Made by a program: the position numbers and the translations under genes. Below, in pieces: positions 42,763 to 51,887 of a DNA stretch of 64,000 nt; within the stretch, counting starts at the first letter, position 1, and each line of letters begins with the position of its first letter. The notes beneath the pieces were generated by a model, which saw nothing but the letters and a program-made list of their open reading frames with translations, was not told the origin of the DNA and did no database searches. Location of the stretch: NCBI GenBank assembly GCA_016789705.1, contig JAEUQR010000141.1:7175-71174 (forward strand), in the 5' to 3' direction. This DNA is from Acidobacteriota bacterium (GTDB lineage: Bacteria; Acidobacteriota; Vicinamibacteria; Vicinamibacterales; UBA2999).

Positions 42763-43715
42763 TGATTGCCGCCACGTCGAAGGCACTGTTCCACACGCTG
42801 GCACGCATCGACCTGCTGCGCCGTGTGGCCTCGCGCTACGGGATGGCGCCCGGTTACGGCTTCGCGCGACGATTCATCGCCGGCGAGACCACGGAGGAGG
42901 CCCTTGCCGCGGCTCGCACGCTCGGGGCGCGCGGCTTCGGCGTGTCGCTCGACTATCTCGGGGAGAGTGTCGCCTCGGTGGAACTCGCCGCGCAGGCGGC
43001 GCGGGACTACGTGCGCCTCATCGACGCGGTGGTCGAGGCGGGCGTCGAGCGGAACCTCTCGCTGAAGCTGACCCAGCTCGGTCTCGATGTCGACCGCGCC
43101 ACCGCCGTGGACAACCTGCGCCGCGTGCTCGACGCAGCGGCGCCGCATGGCTTCTTCGTGCGCATCGACATGGAGAACTCGCCGTACACCGACGCCACGC
43201 TCGACATCCTCGAGACGGTGTGGGGCCTCGGCTTCACCGGCGTCGGCACGGTAATCCAGTCGTGTCTGCTGCGCAGTCCTGGAGACATCGAACGGCTGAA
43301 CCGCCTCGGCGCGCGCGTGCGGCTGGTCAAGGGCGCGTATCGCGAACCCGACAGCGTCGCCCACCAGCGCCTCGAAGACGTCAACGCCGCCTTCGTGCGG
43401 CTCGCCGAAACGCTCCTCGCGCACAACCCCTACCCCGCTATCGCCACGCACGATCCGCTGATGATCGACGCGGTGAAGGCCTACGCGGCGGCGCACGGCA
43501 TCGGCCGGGATCGCGTCGAGTTCCAGATGCTCTACGGCATCCGGCGCGACCTGCAGACGCAACTGCTCGCCGACGGCTACAAGGTGCGCGTCTACGTGCC
43601 GTTCGGCAAACAGTGGTTCCCGTACTTCATGCGGCGGCTCGGCGAGCGGCCGGCCAACGTCGGGTTCGTGCTGCGCGGCATCCTGCGCGACCGCCACGCC
43701 GGCGGCGATTTGTAA
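42762..43715 (+). CDS. Monofunctional proline dehydrogenase
   Basis: FIAGETTEEAL...GFGVSLDYLGE...LSLKLTQLG...VRIDMENS...RLVKGAY...IATHD...EFQMLYGIR...YVPFG. 1-nt overlap (TGATG) with the upstream gene. Confidence 0.85.
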   Translation: MIAATSKALFHTLARIDLLRRVASRYGMAPGYGFARRFIAGETTEEALAAARTLGARGFGVSLDYLGESVASVELAAQAARDYVRLIDAVVEAGVERNLSLKLTQLGLDVDRATAVDNLRRVLDAAAPHGFFVRIDMENSPYTDATLDILETVWGLGFTGVGTVIQSCLLRSPGDIERLNRLGARVRLVKGAYREPDSVAHQRLEDVNAAFVRLAETLLAHNPYPAIATHDPLMIDAVKAYAAAHGIGRDRVEFQMLYGIRRDLQTQLLADGYKVRVYVPFGKQWFPYFMRRLGERPANVGFVLRGILRDRHAGGDL

Positions 43716-43789
43716 CGGGGTCTGTCACCGTCACCGAGTGTGACGGCGCCGGAGACAGGCGGTGACCGTGACAGACCCCGTTACAAATC
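43707..43789. repeat. 83-bp palindromic element: 29-bp inverted repeat (28/29 paired) around a 25-nt loop, between convergent genes; probable bidirectional terminator or REP-like element
   Basis: Arm 1 (43707-43735): GATTTGTAACGGGGTCTGTCACCGTCACC. Arm 2 (43761-43789): GGTGACCGTGACAGACCCCGTTACAAATC. Base-by-base pairing was checked, with one C-C mismatch. Arm 1 includes the proline dehydrogenase stop codon. Confidence 0.7.
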
Positions 43790-43799
43790 ACCCCGGGTC

Positions 43800-44936
43800 T
43801 CAGCGGCACCAGGCGCGGATCGTCGCCGCCAGGGCATCGCGGCACTGGCGGACGCTCGTCAGGTCCACCCACTCGTCGGTGCTGTGGAGACCTGCGCCCG
43901 CGGGCCCGAAGAGCACCGTCGGGATGCCGGCGCCGCCGAGCACCGCCGCGTCCGTCCAGAAACTCATGCCGATGGTGTCGGCGCGGCAGCCGGCGGCGCG
44001 GGCCGCAGCGCCGAGCAGCCCCGGCAGCGGATGCGCGGCGTCGATTTCGTACGGCGGGCGGGCGAACAGCACGGTTGCCGCAGCCTGAAACGCCGGGTCG
44101 GCGGCGGCCAGGCTCGCCAGGATTTCCTCAATCTCCTCAGCCAGCACCGTCTGGGGCTCGCCGGGAATCGTGCGCCGCTCGACCTGCAGCGCGCAGTGGT
44201 CGGGATAACTGCTCAGTTCCCGGCCGCCGCTGATGATCGAGGCGTGCAGGGACGCGGCGCCGAGGCGGGCGTGACGGGCGCCGGCCTGCAGGCGCTGGTC
44301 GAGCGCGCCGAGCGCCACGAGCACGCGGCCCATGTGCACGATCGCATCCACGCCGTCGGCCGGCCGGCTGCCGTGCGCGGCCTTGCCGGTCGTGACGATT
44401 TCACTCCACGCGAACCCCTTGTGGCAGACGGCGACGTCGAGGTCCGTCGGCTCGGTGACGATGCCGGCGTCCGCCCGCCAGCGCGTCACGAGCGCGTCGG
44501 CGCCGATGCTCGAGTGTTCCTCGTCGACGACGCACGCCACGACGACGTCGCCGGCGGCCAGCCCGCCGCCGCCCGCCACGACGCGCACTGCGTCGATCAT
44601 CGCCGCCACACCGCTCTTCATGTCCTGCGTGCCGCGGCCATACATCCGGCCGTCGCGGACGGCGGGCTCGAACGGCGCGGCCATGCCGGCAACGCCGACC
44701 GTGTCGATGTGGCCGCAGAGCATCAGCGACGGCCCGGGCGCGCGGCCGGCCAGTGTGGCGACGACGTTCGGCCGTCCGGGCGCCACCTCCTGCACTTCCA
44801 CGCCGAGGCCCATGGCCTCGAACTCCTGTACGAGCCGCCGCGCGATGGCCGCCTCCCCCGCCGCTCCCGGCACGAGCGAAGGATTCACGGAATCGATGGC
44901 CACCAGGTCGTGCAGCAGACGCGTGACGGAGTCCAT
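43800..44936 (-). CDS. M20 family metallopeptidase / deacylase (ArgE/DapE-like)
   Basis: Start at MDSVTRLLHDLVAIDSVNP. Motifs: LCGHIDTV, GRGTQDMKSG, VVDEEHSS, HSTDEWV. Confidence 0.85.
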   Translation of the reverse strand: MDSVTRLLHDLVAIDSVNPSLVPGAAGEAAIARRLVQEFEAMGLGVEVQEVAPGRPNVVATLAGRAPGPSLMLCGHIDTVGVAGMAAPFEPAVRDGRMYGRGTQDMKSGVAAMIDAVRVVAGGGGLAAGDVVVACVVDEEHSSIGADALVTRWRADAGIVTEPTDLDVAVCHKGFAWSEIVTTGKAAHGSRPADGVDAIVHMGRVLVALGALDQRLQAGARHARLGAASLHASIISGGRELSSYPDHCALQVERRTIPGEPQTVLAEEIEEILASLAAADPAFQAAATVLFARPPYEIDAAHPLPGLLGAAARAAGCRADTIGMSFWTDAAVLGGAGIPTVLFGPAGAGLHSTDEWVDLTSVRQCRDALAATIRAWCR

Positions 44937-45017
44937 GCGTCTCGAATTGTAATGGGGACAGTCCCCATTCCGGGCGGGGCCAGACAAGTGGCAGAACCTG
45001 CGAGTACGATAATCGGC

Positions 45018-46391
45018 GTGAGCACCGCCGCCACGCCGTTCGAACTCGCGCTCGCCGTGGCCCATGCGGCGCGCGCCCGCGGCGGCCGCACGCTCGTCGT
45101 CGGCGGCTTCGTGCGCGATCGACTGCTCGGGCGGCCCTCGAAGGATCTCGATCTTGAGGTGTTCGGCGTCGCTGAAGCCGAGCTGGCGCCGATGCTCGCC
45201 GCCATCGGCCGCGTGGAGCCGGTGGGCCGGGCCTTTCCGGTCTACAAGCTCGGCCCGATCGACGTCGCCCTGCCGCGGCGCGAGTCGAAGAGCGGACGCG
45301 GCCACACGGCCTTCACCGTGCAGGGCGACCCCCACATGTCGTTCGAGGAGGCGGCCCGCCGCCGCGACTTCACGATGAACGCCATCTCGTGGGACCCGCT
45401 GACCGACGAGTACGTCGATCCGTTCCACGGCCGCGCCGACCTCGACGCCCGGCGGCTGACGGTTGTCGATCCGCGGACCTTCGCCGACGACAGCCTGCGC
45501 GTGCTGCGCGCGCTGCAGTTCGCCGCCCGCTTCGAGGCGACGCTCGACGACGAGGCGACCGCGATCTGCCGCGCCATCCGGCTCGACGATCTGCCGGCCG
45601 AGCGCCTGTGGGGCGAGTTCGAGAAGCTGCTGCTCGTGGCCGAGCGGCCGTCCGTCGGCTTTGCGCTCGCCCGCGCGCTCGGCGTCGTCGAGCAGATCCT
45701 GCCGGAGATGGTGCCGCTCTACGACTGCCCGCAGGACGCCGAATGGCATCCCGAAGGCGACGTGTGGACGCACACGCTCATGGTGATCGACGAAGCGCGG
45801 CGCCGCAACGCCGGCCTCGACCGCCCGCGGCTCGCCACGGTGATGCTCGGCGCCGTGTGCCACGACCTCGGCAAGCCGGCGACCACGGCGATGATCGACG
45901 GCCGCTGGCGCTCACCCGGCCACGAGGCGGCCGGCGTCGTCCCCGCCACGCGCATCCTCGACCGCCTGAACGTCTACACGATCGACGGCTACGACGTCCG
46001 CCGGCAGGTGCTGGCCATCACGGCGGAACACCTGCGGCCGAGCGCGTTCTTCAAGGCGAAGGACACCGTGCGCGACGGCGCCTTCCGCCGCCTGGCGCAG
46101 CGCGTGGACCTCGAGCTGCTGGTGCGTTTCGGCCGCGCCGACTGCCACGGGCGCACCGGCACGTTCGACTGTTCGGCGATGGATTGGTTCCTCGAACGGG
46201 CGCGTGCCCTCGGCGTCGAACACGCGCCGCCGGCGCCCCTGCTGCTCGGCCGTCACCTCATCACGCTCGGCGTGACGCCCGGCCCGCGCATGGGTGAGAT
46301 CCTGCGCGCGGTGTACGAGAAACAACTCGACGGCACGGTGACGACGGTTGACGAGGCGGTGATAGAGGCTCGGAATCTTGTGAGCGCGTGA
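45018..46391 (+). CDS. cca: CCA-adding tRNA nucleotidyltransferase family enzyme with C-terminal HD domain
   Basis: GTG start. VVGGFVRDRLLG, DLDLEV, RRDFTMNA, DSLRVLRALQF. HD part: VWTHTLMV...CHDLGK. The upstream part of the 883-aa track ORF is antisense to the M20 gene and was rejected. Confidence 0.8.
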   Translation: MSTAATPFELALAVAHAARARGGRTLVVGGFVRDRLLGRPSKDLDLEVFGVAEAELAPMLAAIGRVEPVGRAFPVYKLGPIDVALPRRESKSGRGHTAFTVQGDPHMSFEEAARRRDFTMNAISWDPLTDEYVDPFHGRADLDARRLTVVDPRTFADDSLRVLRALQFAARFEATLDDEATAICRAIRLDDLPAERLWGEFEKLLLVAERPSVGFALARALGVVEQILPEMVPLYDCPQDAEWHPEGDVWTHTLMVIDEARRRNAGLDRPRLATVMLGAVCHDLGKPATTAMIDGRWRSPGHEAAGVVPATRILDRLNVYTIDGYDVRRQVLAITAEHLRPSAFFKAKDTVRDGAFRRLAQRVDLELLVRFGRADCHGRTGTFDCSAMDWFLERARALGVEHAPPAPLLLGRHLITLGVTPGPRMGEILRAVYEKQLDGTVTTVDEAVIEARNLVSA

Positions 46392-46404
46392 TCGGGTGAT
46401 TGAT

Positions 46405-46428
46405 GTGGTGACGTGGTGATGTGGTGAT
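46405..46428. repeat. Short 8-nt tandem repeat, 3 x GTGGTGAY, inside a G/T-rich convergent intergenic spacer
   Basis: GTGGTGAC GTGGTGAT GTGGTGAT read directly, flanked by GGGTGATTGAT and CCGGTGGGGG. Confidence 0.8.
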
Positions 46429-46438
46429 CCGGTGGGGG

Positions 46439-46912
46439 CTATCCGAGCAGGTCGAGGCGTTCGTGTTCGATCGTGCTGCCGGTGATGCGCAGGATCGAGA
46501 GCGTGACGGGCAGGGTGAAGCGGCGAGGACCGGCGCTGCCGGGATCGAGATAGAGCACGCCGCGCCTCCACTCCGCTTTCGGCTGGTGCGAATGGCCGGT
46601 GATGACGGCGGCGAATCCCGCGGCCACCGGGTCGAGGTCGAGCGCGCCAAGGTCGTGGAGCATATAGACGTCGAGCGTGCCCAGGCGCACGACCTCCGTC
46701 ATCGGCAGCGCCGTGGCCCATCCCCCATGATCGACGTTGCCGCGCACGGCCGTCGTCGGCGCGATCGCGCGCAGCGCGTCGAGCACCGCCGGCGTGCCGA
46801 CGTCGCCCGCGTGCAGGATCTGGTCCACGGCCGCCAGGGCTGACGCAGCCTCCGGTCGCAGCACGCCGTGCGTGTCCGAGATGACGCCGACCGTGAGCGT
46901 GGTGGTGTTCAT
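46439..46912 (-). CDS. YfcE/MJ0936-type metallophosphoesterase
   Basis: VISDTHG, HAGDVG, GNVD, ITGHSHQP. Confidence 0.85.
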   Translation of the reverse strand: MNTTTLTVGVISDTHGVLRPEAASALAAVDQILHAGDVGTPAVLDALRAIAPTTAVRGNVDHGGWATALPMTEVVRLGTLDVYMLHDLGALDLDPVAAGFAAVITGHSHQPKAEWRRGVLYLDPGSAGPRRFTLPVTLSILRITGSTIEHERLDLLG

Positions 46913-46960
46913 GTTCGCAGCCGGCGGCAGCCGGGCCGCGTGAGCCCCGGCCCCTGGACC

Positions 46961-47926
46961 CTAGCTAGTGATGTATTTCGCGAAGTGATCCGGCTGCACG
47001 TTGCCGCCGCTCACGATGGCGGCCACGGTGCCCACCGGCGCGCCCAGCCCCAGCATCACCGCCGCCGTCGGCGCGGCGCCACTCGGTTCGGCCACGATGC
47101 GCGCCTGGCGGAACAGCCACTTGACGGCCTGCGCCATCGCCTCGTCTGGCACGGCCACGAGGTCGTCCACGTACTGCTGCACGTGCGCGAAGGTGAGGTC
47201 GCCGGCGCGCATGTTCATGATGCCGTCCCCGATGCTCGCCGTCTTCTCGAGCGTGACCGGATGCCCGGCGTCGCGGGCGGCGCGCATCTTCATCGCGCCC
47301 ACCGGCTCGACGCCCACCACGCGCACGTCGGGGCGCGAGAGTTTGATGGCGGCCGACACGCCGGCGATGAGGCCGCCGCCGCCCATCGGCACGAACACGG
47401 TGCCGAGGTCGGGAAGCTGTTCGAGCAGCTCGAGCCCCACCGTGCCCTGTCCGGCGATGACCATCGGGTGATCGAACGGCGGGATGATCGACAGACCGCG
47501 CGCCGCCGCCTCGGCTTCGGCCCGCGACTGGCGCTCGAGGGAGGTGGTGCCGGCGAAGATGACCTCGGCGCCGTAGCTGCGCACGCCCTCGACCTTGACC
47601 GCCGGCGCCGTCGTCGGCATCACGATCACGGCCGGCACGCCCATGGCTGCCGCCGCCATCGCCACGCCCTGGCCGTGGTTGCCCGAAGAATACGTGATGA
47701 CGCCGCGGGCCCGGGCGTCCGCCGGCAGCTGCGCCAGCATGTTGAACGCGCCGCGCACCTTGAACGCGCCCATCGGCTGCAGGTTCTCGCACTTGATGTG
47801 GAACGGGTGCGCCGGCGTCGTCGCCGGCCACGGCAGCGCGAGCACCGGCGTGCGCACGGCTGCGCCGCGCACGCGCTCGGCGGCAGCGCGCAGGTCCTCG
47901 AGGGTGACGAGGGCCGGAGCCGCCAT
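46961..47926 (-). CDS. PLP-dependent threonine/serine dehydratase (threonine ammonia-lyase, short form)
   Basis: Start at MAAPALVTLEDL. PLP lysine context: ENLQPMGAFKVRGAFN. Also SSGNHGQGVAMAA and PMGGGGLIAG. The 522-aa track ORF extension overlaps the M28 gene. Confidence 0.85.
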   Translation of the reverse strand: MAAPALVTLEDLRAAAERVRGAAVRTPVLALPWPATTPAHPFHIKCENLQPMGAFKVRGAFNMLAQLPADARARGVITYSSGNHGQGVAMAAAAMGVPAVIVMPTTAPAVKVEGVRSYGAEVIFAGTTSLERQSRAEAEAAARGLSIIPPFDHPMVIAGQGTVGLELLEQLPDLGTVFVPMGGGGLIAGVSAAIKLSRPDVRVVGVEPVGAMKMRAARDAGHPVTLEKTASIGDGIMNMRAGDLTFAHVQQYVDDLVAVPDEAMAQAVKWLFRQARIVAEPSGAAPTAAVMLGLGAPVGTVAAIVSGGNVQPDHFAKYITS

Positions 47927-49587
47927 CACTTCTTCCGCACCTGGGCGAACTGATCGCCGGCGTTGTAGGCGGGCATCGCCGGCGCCGCGGCCACCTGCCA
48001 GGCCAGGGCCGTCAGCAGCTTCATGTCCTCGGCCGCGCCGCTGAAGTCCCATGCCGGGTCGTACTCGTCCGAGGGCTGGTGGTAGTCCTTGCCGTTGTAG
48101 GCCTCCTGCCGCGCCAGCAGCGCGGCGGCATTCGGCCCTTCGAACTGCTTCGGCTCGCTCAGCGACAGCGCCGGCACGCCGGCCTTGGCGAACGGGAAGT
48201 GGTCCGAGCGGAAGAAGTAACCGCGTTCGGGATGGGTGTCTTCCCCGACCGCGCGGCCGCGCGCCTTCGCCAGATCCGCGAACATCGTGCCGAGTGACGA
48301 CCGGTCGGAACCGAGCATGACGATGTCCTTCGTCCGCCCGAGGTAGTTGGCGCCGTCCACATTGATGTTGGCGGCGATGCGATCCATCGGCAGCGGCGGA
48401 TGCGCGGCGAAGAATTCGCTGCCGAGCAGGCCCGATTCCTCCGCCGTCGTGAACGCGAAGTAGATCGAGCGGGCCGGTGCGCCGCCGGCGCGGGTGAGCG
48501 CCTGCGCCATCGTCAGCACGGCCGCGCACCCGGAGGCGTTGTCGTAGGCGCCGTTGTGGATGCGGTCGGCATCCGGTGTGTCACCCGGCTGCGGCGCCCG
48601 CACGCCGAAGTGGTCCCAGTGCGCCGTGATGGCCACGGCCTCGTTCGTGTTCGTGCCCGGAAGCACACCGACGACGTTCGGCGACACGCGCCGCGCCGAC
48701 GTCTGCGTGAGCGACGCGGTGGCGGTGATGCCGAGCGGCACGGCGGTGAAGCCGCGCGCCGACGCGCTCGAGCGCAGCTGGTCGAGGCTGCGGCCGGCGC
48801 GCGTCACCAGGTCGTTCGCCGCGCCATTCGCGATCCACGCCTTCACACCCAGAGCCGGGGCCCCGGGCGCCGGCGGCAGCGAGTACTGCGTGCCGGTCCA
48901 CGACGACTGCACGACCTGCCAGGGATACGTGGCGGACTCGTCGGTGTGGATGAGGAGCGCGCCCGCCGCACCCTGCCGCGCCGCTTCCTCGAACTTGTAG
49001 GTCCAGCGGCCGTAGTAGGTCAGCGCCTTGCCGCCGAAGAGCGTCGGCTCGTTCGCCGGTGCCGGCGGGTCGTTGACCATGATGAGCACCCACTTGCCCT
49101 TCACGTCCACGCCGGCGTAGTCATTCCATTTGAGCTCGGGCGCCACGATGCCGTGGCCGACGAACACCACCTCGCCCTTCACCGACACTTTCGGGTCCTC
49201 GACGCCCGAGAACGCGACGACGTCGTCGAGGTACTTGAAGGTGCGTCCGGGCACGCTCAGCGAGAACGTGCGATCGACCGTGGCCTCCACGATCGGGACG
49301 TCCTGGAAATACGTGCCGTTGTCGCCGGCCGGCGCGATGCCGAGGAGCGCGAGCTGATTGGCGAGATAGGCGGTCGCCAGTTCGCCGCCGCGGGTCGCCG
49401 GCGCGCGGCCTTCGAAATGGTCGTGCGAGAGCATGCGTACGTGGGCGGCGATGCGGTCAGCCGTGATCTCGGACTCAGCCGGCCCGGCGGTAACCGCCGG
49501 CGCCGGGGACCGCGCGGGCGCCGAACACGCGGCCAGGGCCAGGAGACCGGCCGCGATCGCGGACGAGCGAAGGGATCGAGACAGCAT
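47926..49587 (-). CDS. M28 family aminopeptidase lipoprotein with PA domain
   Basis: Lipobox LLALAACS. Motifs: ITAHWDHFG, NGAYDNASGCA, FTTAEESGLLGS, FRSDHFPFAKAGVP. Confidence 0.85.
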   Translation of the reverse strand: MLSRSLRSSAIAAGLLALAACSAPARSPAPAVTAGPAESEITADRIAAHVRMLSHDHFEGRAPATRGGELATAYLANQLALLGIAPAGDNGTYFQDVPIVEATVDRTFSLSVPGRTFKYLDDVVAFSGVEDPKVSVKGEVVFVGHGIVAPELKWNDYAGVDVKGKWVLIMVNDPPAPANEPTLFGGKALTYYGRWTYKFEEAARQGAAGALLIHTDESATYPWQVVQSSWTGTQYSLPPAPGAPALGVKAWIANGAANDLVTRAGRSLDQLRSSASARGFTAVPLGITATASLTQTSARRVSPNVVGVLPGTNTNEAVAITAHWDHFGVRAPQPGDTPDADRIHNGAYDNASGCAAVLTMAQALTRAGGAPARSIYFAFTTAEESGLLGSEFFAAHPPLPMDRIAANINVDGANYLGRTKDIVMLGSDRSSLGTMFADLAKARGRAVGEDTHPERGYFFRSDHFPFAKAGVPALSLSEPKQFEGPNAAALLARQEAYNGKDYHQPSDEYDPAWDFSGAAEDMKLLTALAWQVAAAPAMPAYNAGDQFAQVRKK

Positions 49588-49647
49588 GCGCAGCAGTATA
49601 GCCGCGCCCTTCCGGAGCGGCGCGTCAGCGCCGGGTGGTGCGGGCCG

Positions 49648-50913
49648 CTACGTCGGGCGGCCGGTCTTCCTGAACGCGAGAATCAGCTCGCCGCGCAGGA
49701 TGTAGCGCGTGGCTTCGTGCCGGAATCCGAGCGCCTCGAACCGCTCGATGAGTTCGGCGCGGGTGTAGTGCGCGATGTGTTCGTCGGCGTAGGCGCCGGG
49801 CGCGAAGAAACCGTAGAGCTTCTCGGTGACGACCCATTCCCAGTTGGCGTAGTCGGGCGTACCGAGCACGAGACGGCCGCCGGGCGCGAGCGTGCGCACG
49901 AGCTCCGACAGGATCGGCGACTCCTTGGGCACGTGTTCGATGACCTGCGAGCAGAGCACGCACGGGAAGCTCTCGTCGGCGAACGGCAGGGCGAATCCGG
50001 AGGCGTGCACTCGCGGACGGCCGAAGCGGCGGGCGTACCGCAGCTTGCGCAGCAGCACGTCCACGGCCACGCTGCCCTTCGGCAGCGCGCCGATGATGCG
50101 GCTCGAGCCGCAGCCCACGTCGAGCACCGCGCCCTGCCCGTCGATGAGCTCGGTCACGTGGCGGTGACGCTCACGCTGCCAGTAGCGCTGCAGCGGAATC
50201 GCGCTGTCGTGGGCGCGGGCGTCGTAATCGGCGCACTCGATCGAGTTGCGCAGCTTCCACAGGCGCCAGAAGGTGCGCGCGTAGTCGGTGGCGAAACGCT
50301 GGGCACGGGCGTGTGACGTGCCGCGCGGATCGGCGCGATAGACGAACGGCACCTCGACGACGCGCCAGCCTTCGGCATAGACGCGCACCAGGATCGTCTG
50401 CAGGGCGTCGAGCCCGGCCGGGAGCGGTCCGGCGGCATCGAGGATGGCGCGGCGGCAGAGCCGCACGCCGCTCGACATGTCACGGACGCCGAGTGAGAGG
50501 CCGCGGCCGAAGATCCCGTTGAGCAGGCGGCTGCCGGTGCGGCGCCACCATGGCAGCTCGACCGAGCCGCCGTCGACGTAGCGGGAGCCGATGACCACCT
50601 CGGCGTCGTGCCGGCGCGCCCACAGATCAGGCACGACGCGCGATACATCGAGGATGTCGGCGTCGATCGTCAGCACCCACGTGCCGCGCGCCCGCCCGAA
50701 TCCGGTGGCGAGCGCCGCGCCGTACCCGGGACCGGCCGGCGGCACGAGCGTGACGCCAGCCTCGGCGGGCAGGCCGGGGAGCTGCGGCTCGGGCGTGATG
50801 CAGAGGATCTCGGCGGCGCAGCCGAGGGCCGCGACGGCGCGCGCCACGCGCCCCAGCGCGGCACCGGCGTCGGGTTCGCCTTCCGCCGGGACGATGACCG
50901 AAAGCTCGATCAC
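49648..50913 (-). CDS. Fusion of family-2 glycosyltransferase and class I SAM-dependent methyltransferase
   Basis: GTG start overlapping the upstream stop (GTGA). GT2 part: LSVIVPA...TIDADI...RLCRRA. Methyltransferase part: VLDVGCGSSRI...FPCVLCSQVIEHV...APGGRLVL. Confidence 0.75.
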   Translation of the reverse strand: MIELSVIVPAEGEPDAGAALGRVARAVAALGCAAEILCITPEPQLPGLPAEAGVTLVPPAGPGYGAALATGFGRARGTWVLTIDADILDVSRVVPDLWARRHDAEVVIGSRYVDGGSVELPWWRRTGSRLLNGIFGRGLSLGVRDMSSGVRLCRRAILDAAGPLPAGLDALQTILVRVYAEGWRVVEVPFVYRADPRGTSHARAQRFATDYARTFWRLWKLRNSIECADYDARAHDSAIPLQRYWQRERHRHVTELIDGQGAVLDVGCGSSRIIGALPKGSVAVDVLLRKLRYARRFGRPRVHASGFALPFADESFPCVLCSQVIEHVPKESPILSELVRTLAPGGRLVLGTPDYANWEWVVTEKLYGFFAPGAYADEHIAHYTRAELIERFEALGFRHEATRYILRGELILAFRKTGRPT

Positions 50914-51815
50914 CCGCGTCCCGCGGCGCGCCGGAACTCCTCGAAGAGGCGTGGCGCGTTGCCGGTGATGCCCCGCATGGTCGGCGTCCAACCGAGGGCG
51001 CGCGCGCGAGGGCTGCGCACGACCTGATCGAGCGCCAGGGCGTCCGCGTACGGGCCCATCTTGGCCTGAGCCTCGGCGATCGGCATGTGGCGGATGTCGG
51101 CCGGCGGGTCGACGTGCGAAGCAATCGCGTCGGCGATGTCACCCACCCGCTCGTCTTCGTCGTCGGTGGCGTGGAAAACGCCCGAGGCGCCAGCGGTCGC
51201 CAGGATCCGGACGTACAGATCGCCGAGGTCGCGGTGATACACCGACGGCCAGCGGTTGCGGCCGTCGCCGATGACACGCACGAGGCCGTTGAGCGCGTCC
51301 TTCAGCATGTCCGACACGATGCCGGTGGCGCCGCCATAGACGATGCCGGGGCGGATGACGGCTGTCCGGACGGTGGCCGAGGCCGCCGCCAGGACCTGCT
51401 GTTCGTGTGCCGGGCGCCAGCTGACGAGCGGGATCGGCGCCAGGGCCGCGTTCTCGTCCACCGGCTCGGGGCAGGAGCCGAGCACCCAGACGCCCGACGT
51501 GAACAGGAACACCCGCGGCGCGCCTGCGCCGGCGAGCGCCGGCAGCACCGCGTCGAGGAACGCCTTGTCGGCGGCCGGACCGCGCGGCGACGACTCGAAC
51601 GCCGTGTGCACGACGGCGTCCGCGGCGGCCGCCTGCGTCGAATAGCGAGCCGGTCCGGCCAGTTCGCCCATGACCGGGGTGGCGCCACGGGCCTCGAGGC
51701 GCGCCGCTTTTTCCGGATCGCGCACGAGGGCCGTGACGTGATGGCCCGATTTGATCAGGGCGTCGAGGACGGCCGCGCCGATATAACCCGTGCCGCCTGT
51801 GAGGAATACCTGCAT
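50910..51815 (-). CDS. NAD(P)-dependent epimerase/dehydratase family (SDR, NmrA-like)
   Basis: Rossmann motif MQVFLTGGTGYIGAAV; 301 aa. Confidence 0.8.
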   Translation of the reverse strand: MQVFLTGGTGYIGAAVLDALIKSGHHVTALVRDPEKAARLEARGATPVMGELAGPARYSTQAAAADAVVHTAFESSPRGPAADKAFLDAVLPALAGAGAPRVFLFTSGVWVLGSCPEPVDENAALAPIPLVSWRPAHEQQVLAAASATVRTAVIRPGIVYGGATGIVSDMLKDALNGLVRVIGDGRNRWPSVYHRDLGDLYVRILATAGASGVFHATDDEDERVGDIADAIASHVDPPADIRHMPIAEAQAKMGPYADALALDQVVRSPRARALGWTPTMRGITGNAPRLFEEFRRAAGRG

Positions 51816-51887
51816 GGAGCAACCGTCAGGGGAGGGCGCGATCTTACTCGGCCGGAGTCGTTTCGCGCCAGCGCCAACGCGGCCGGG

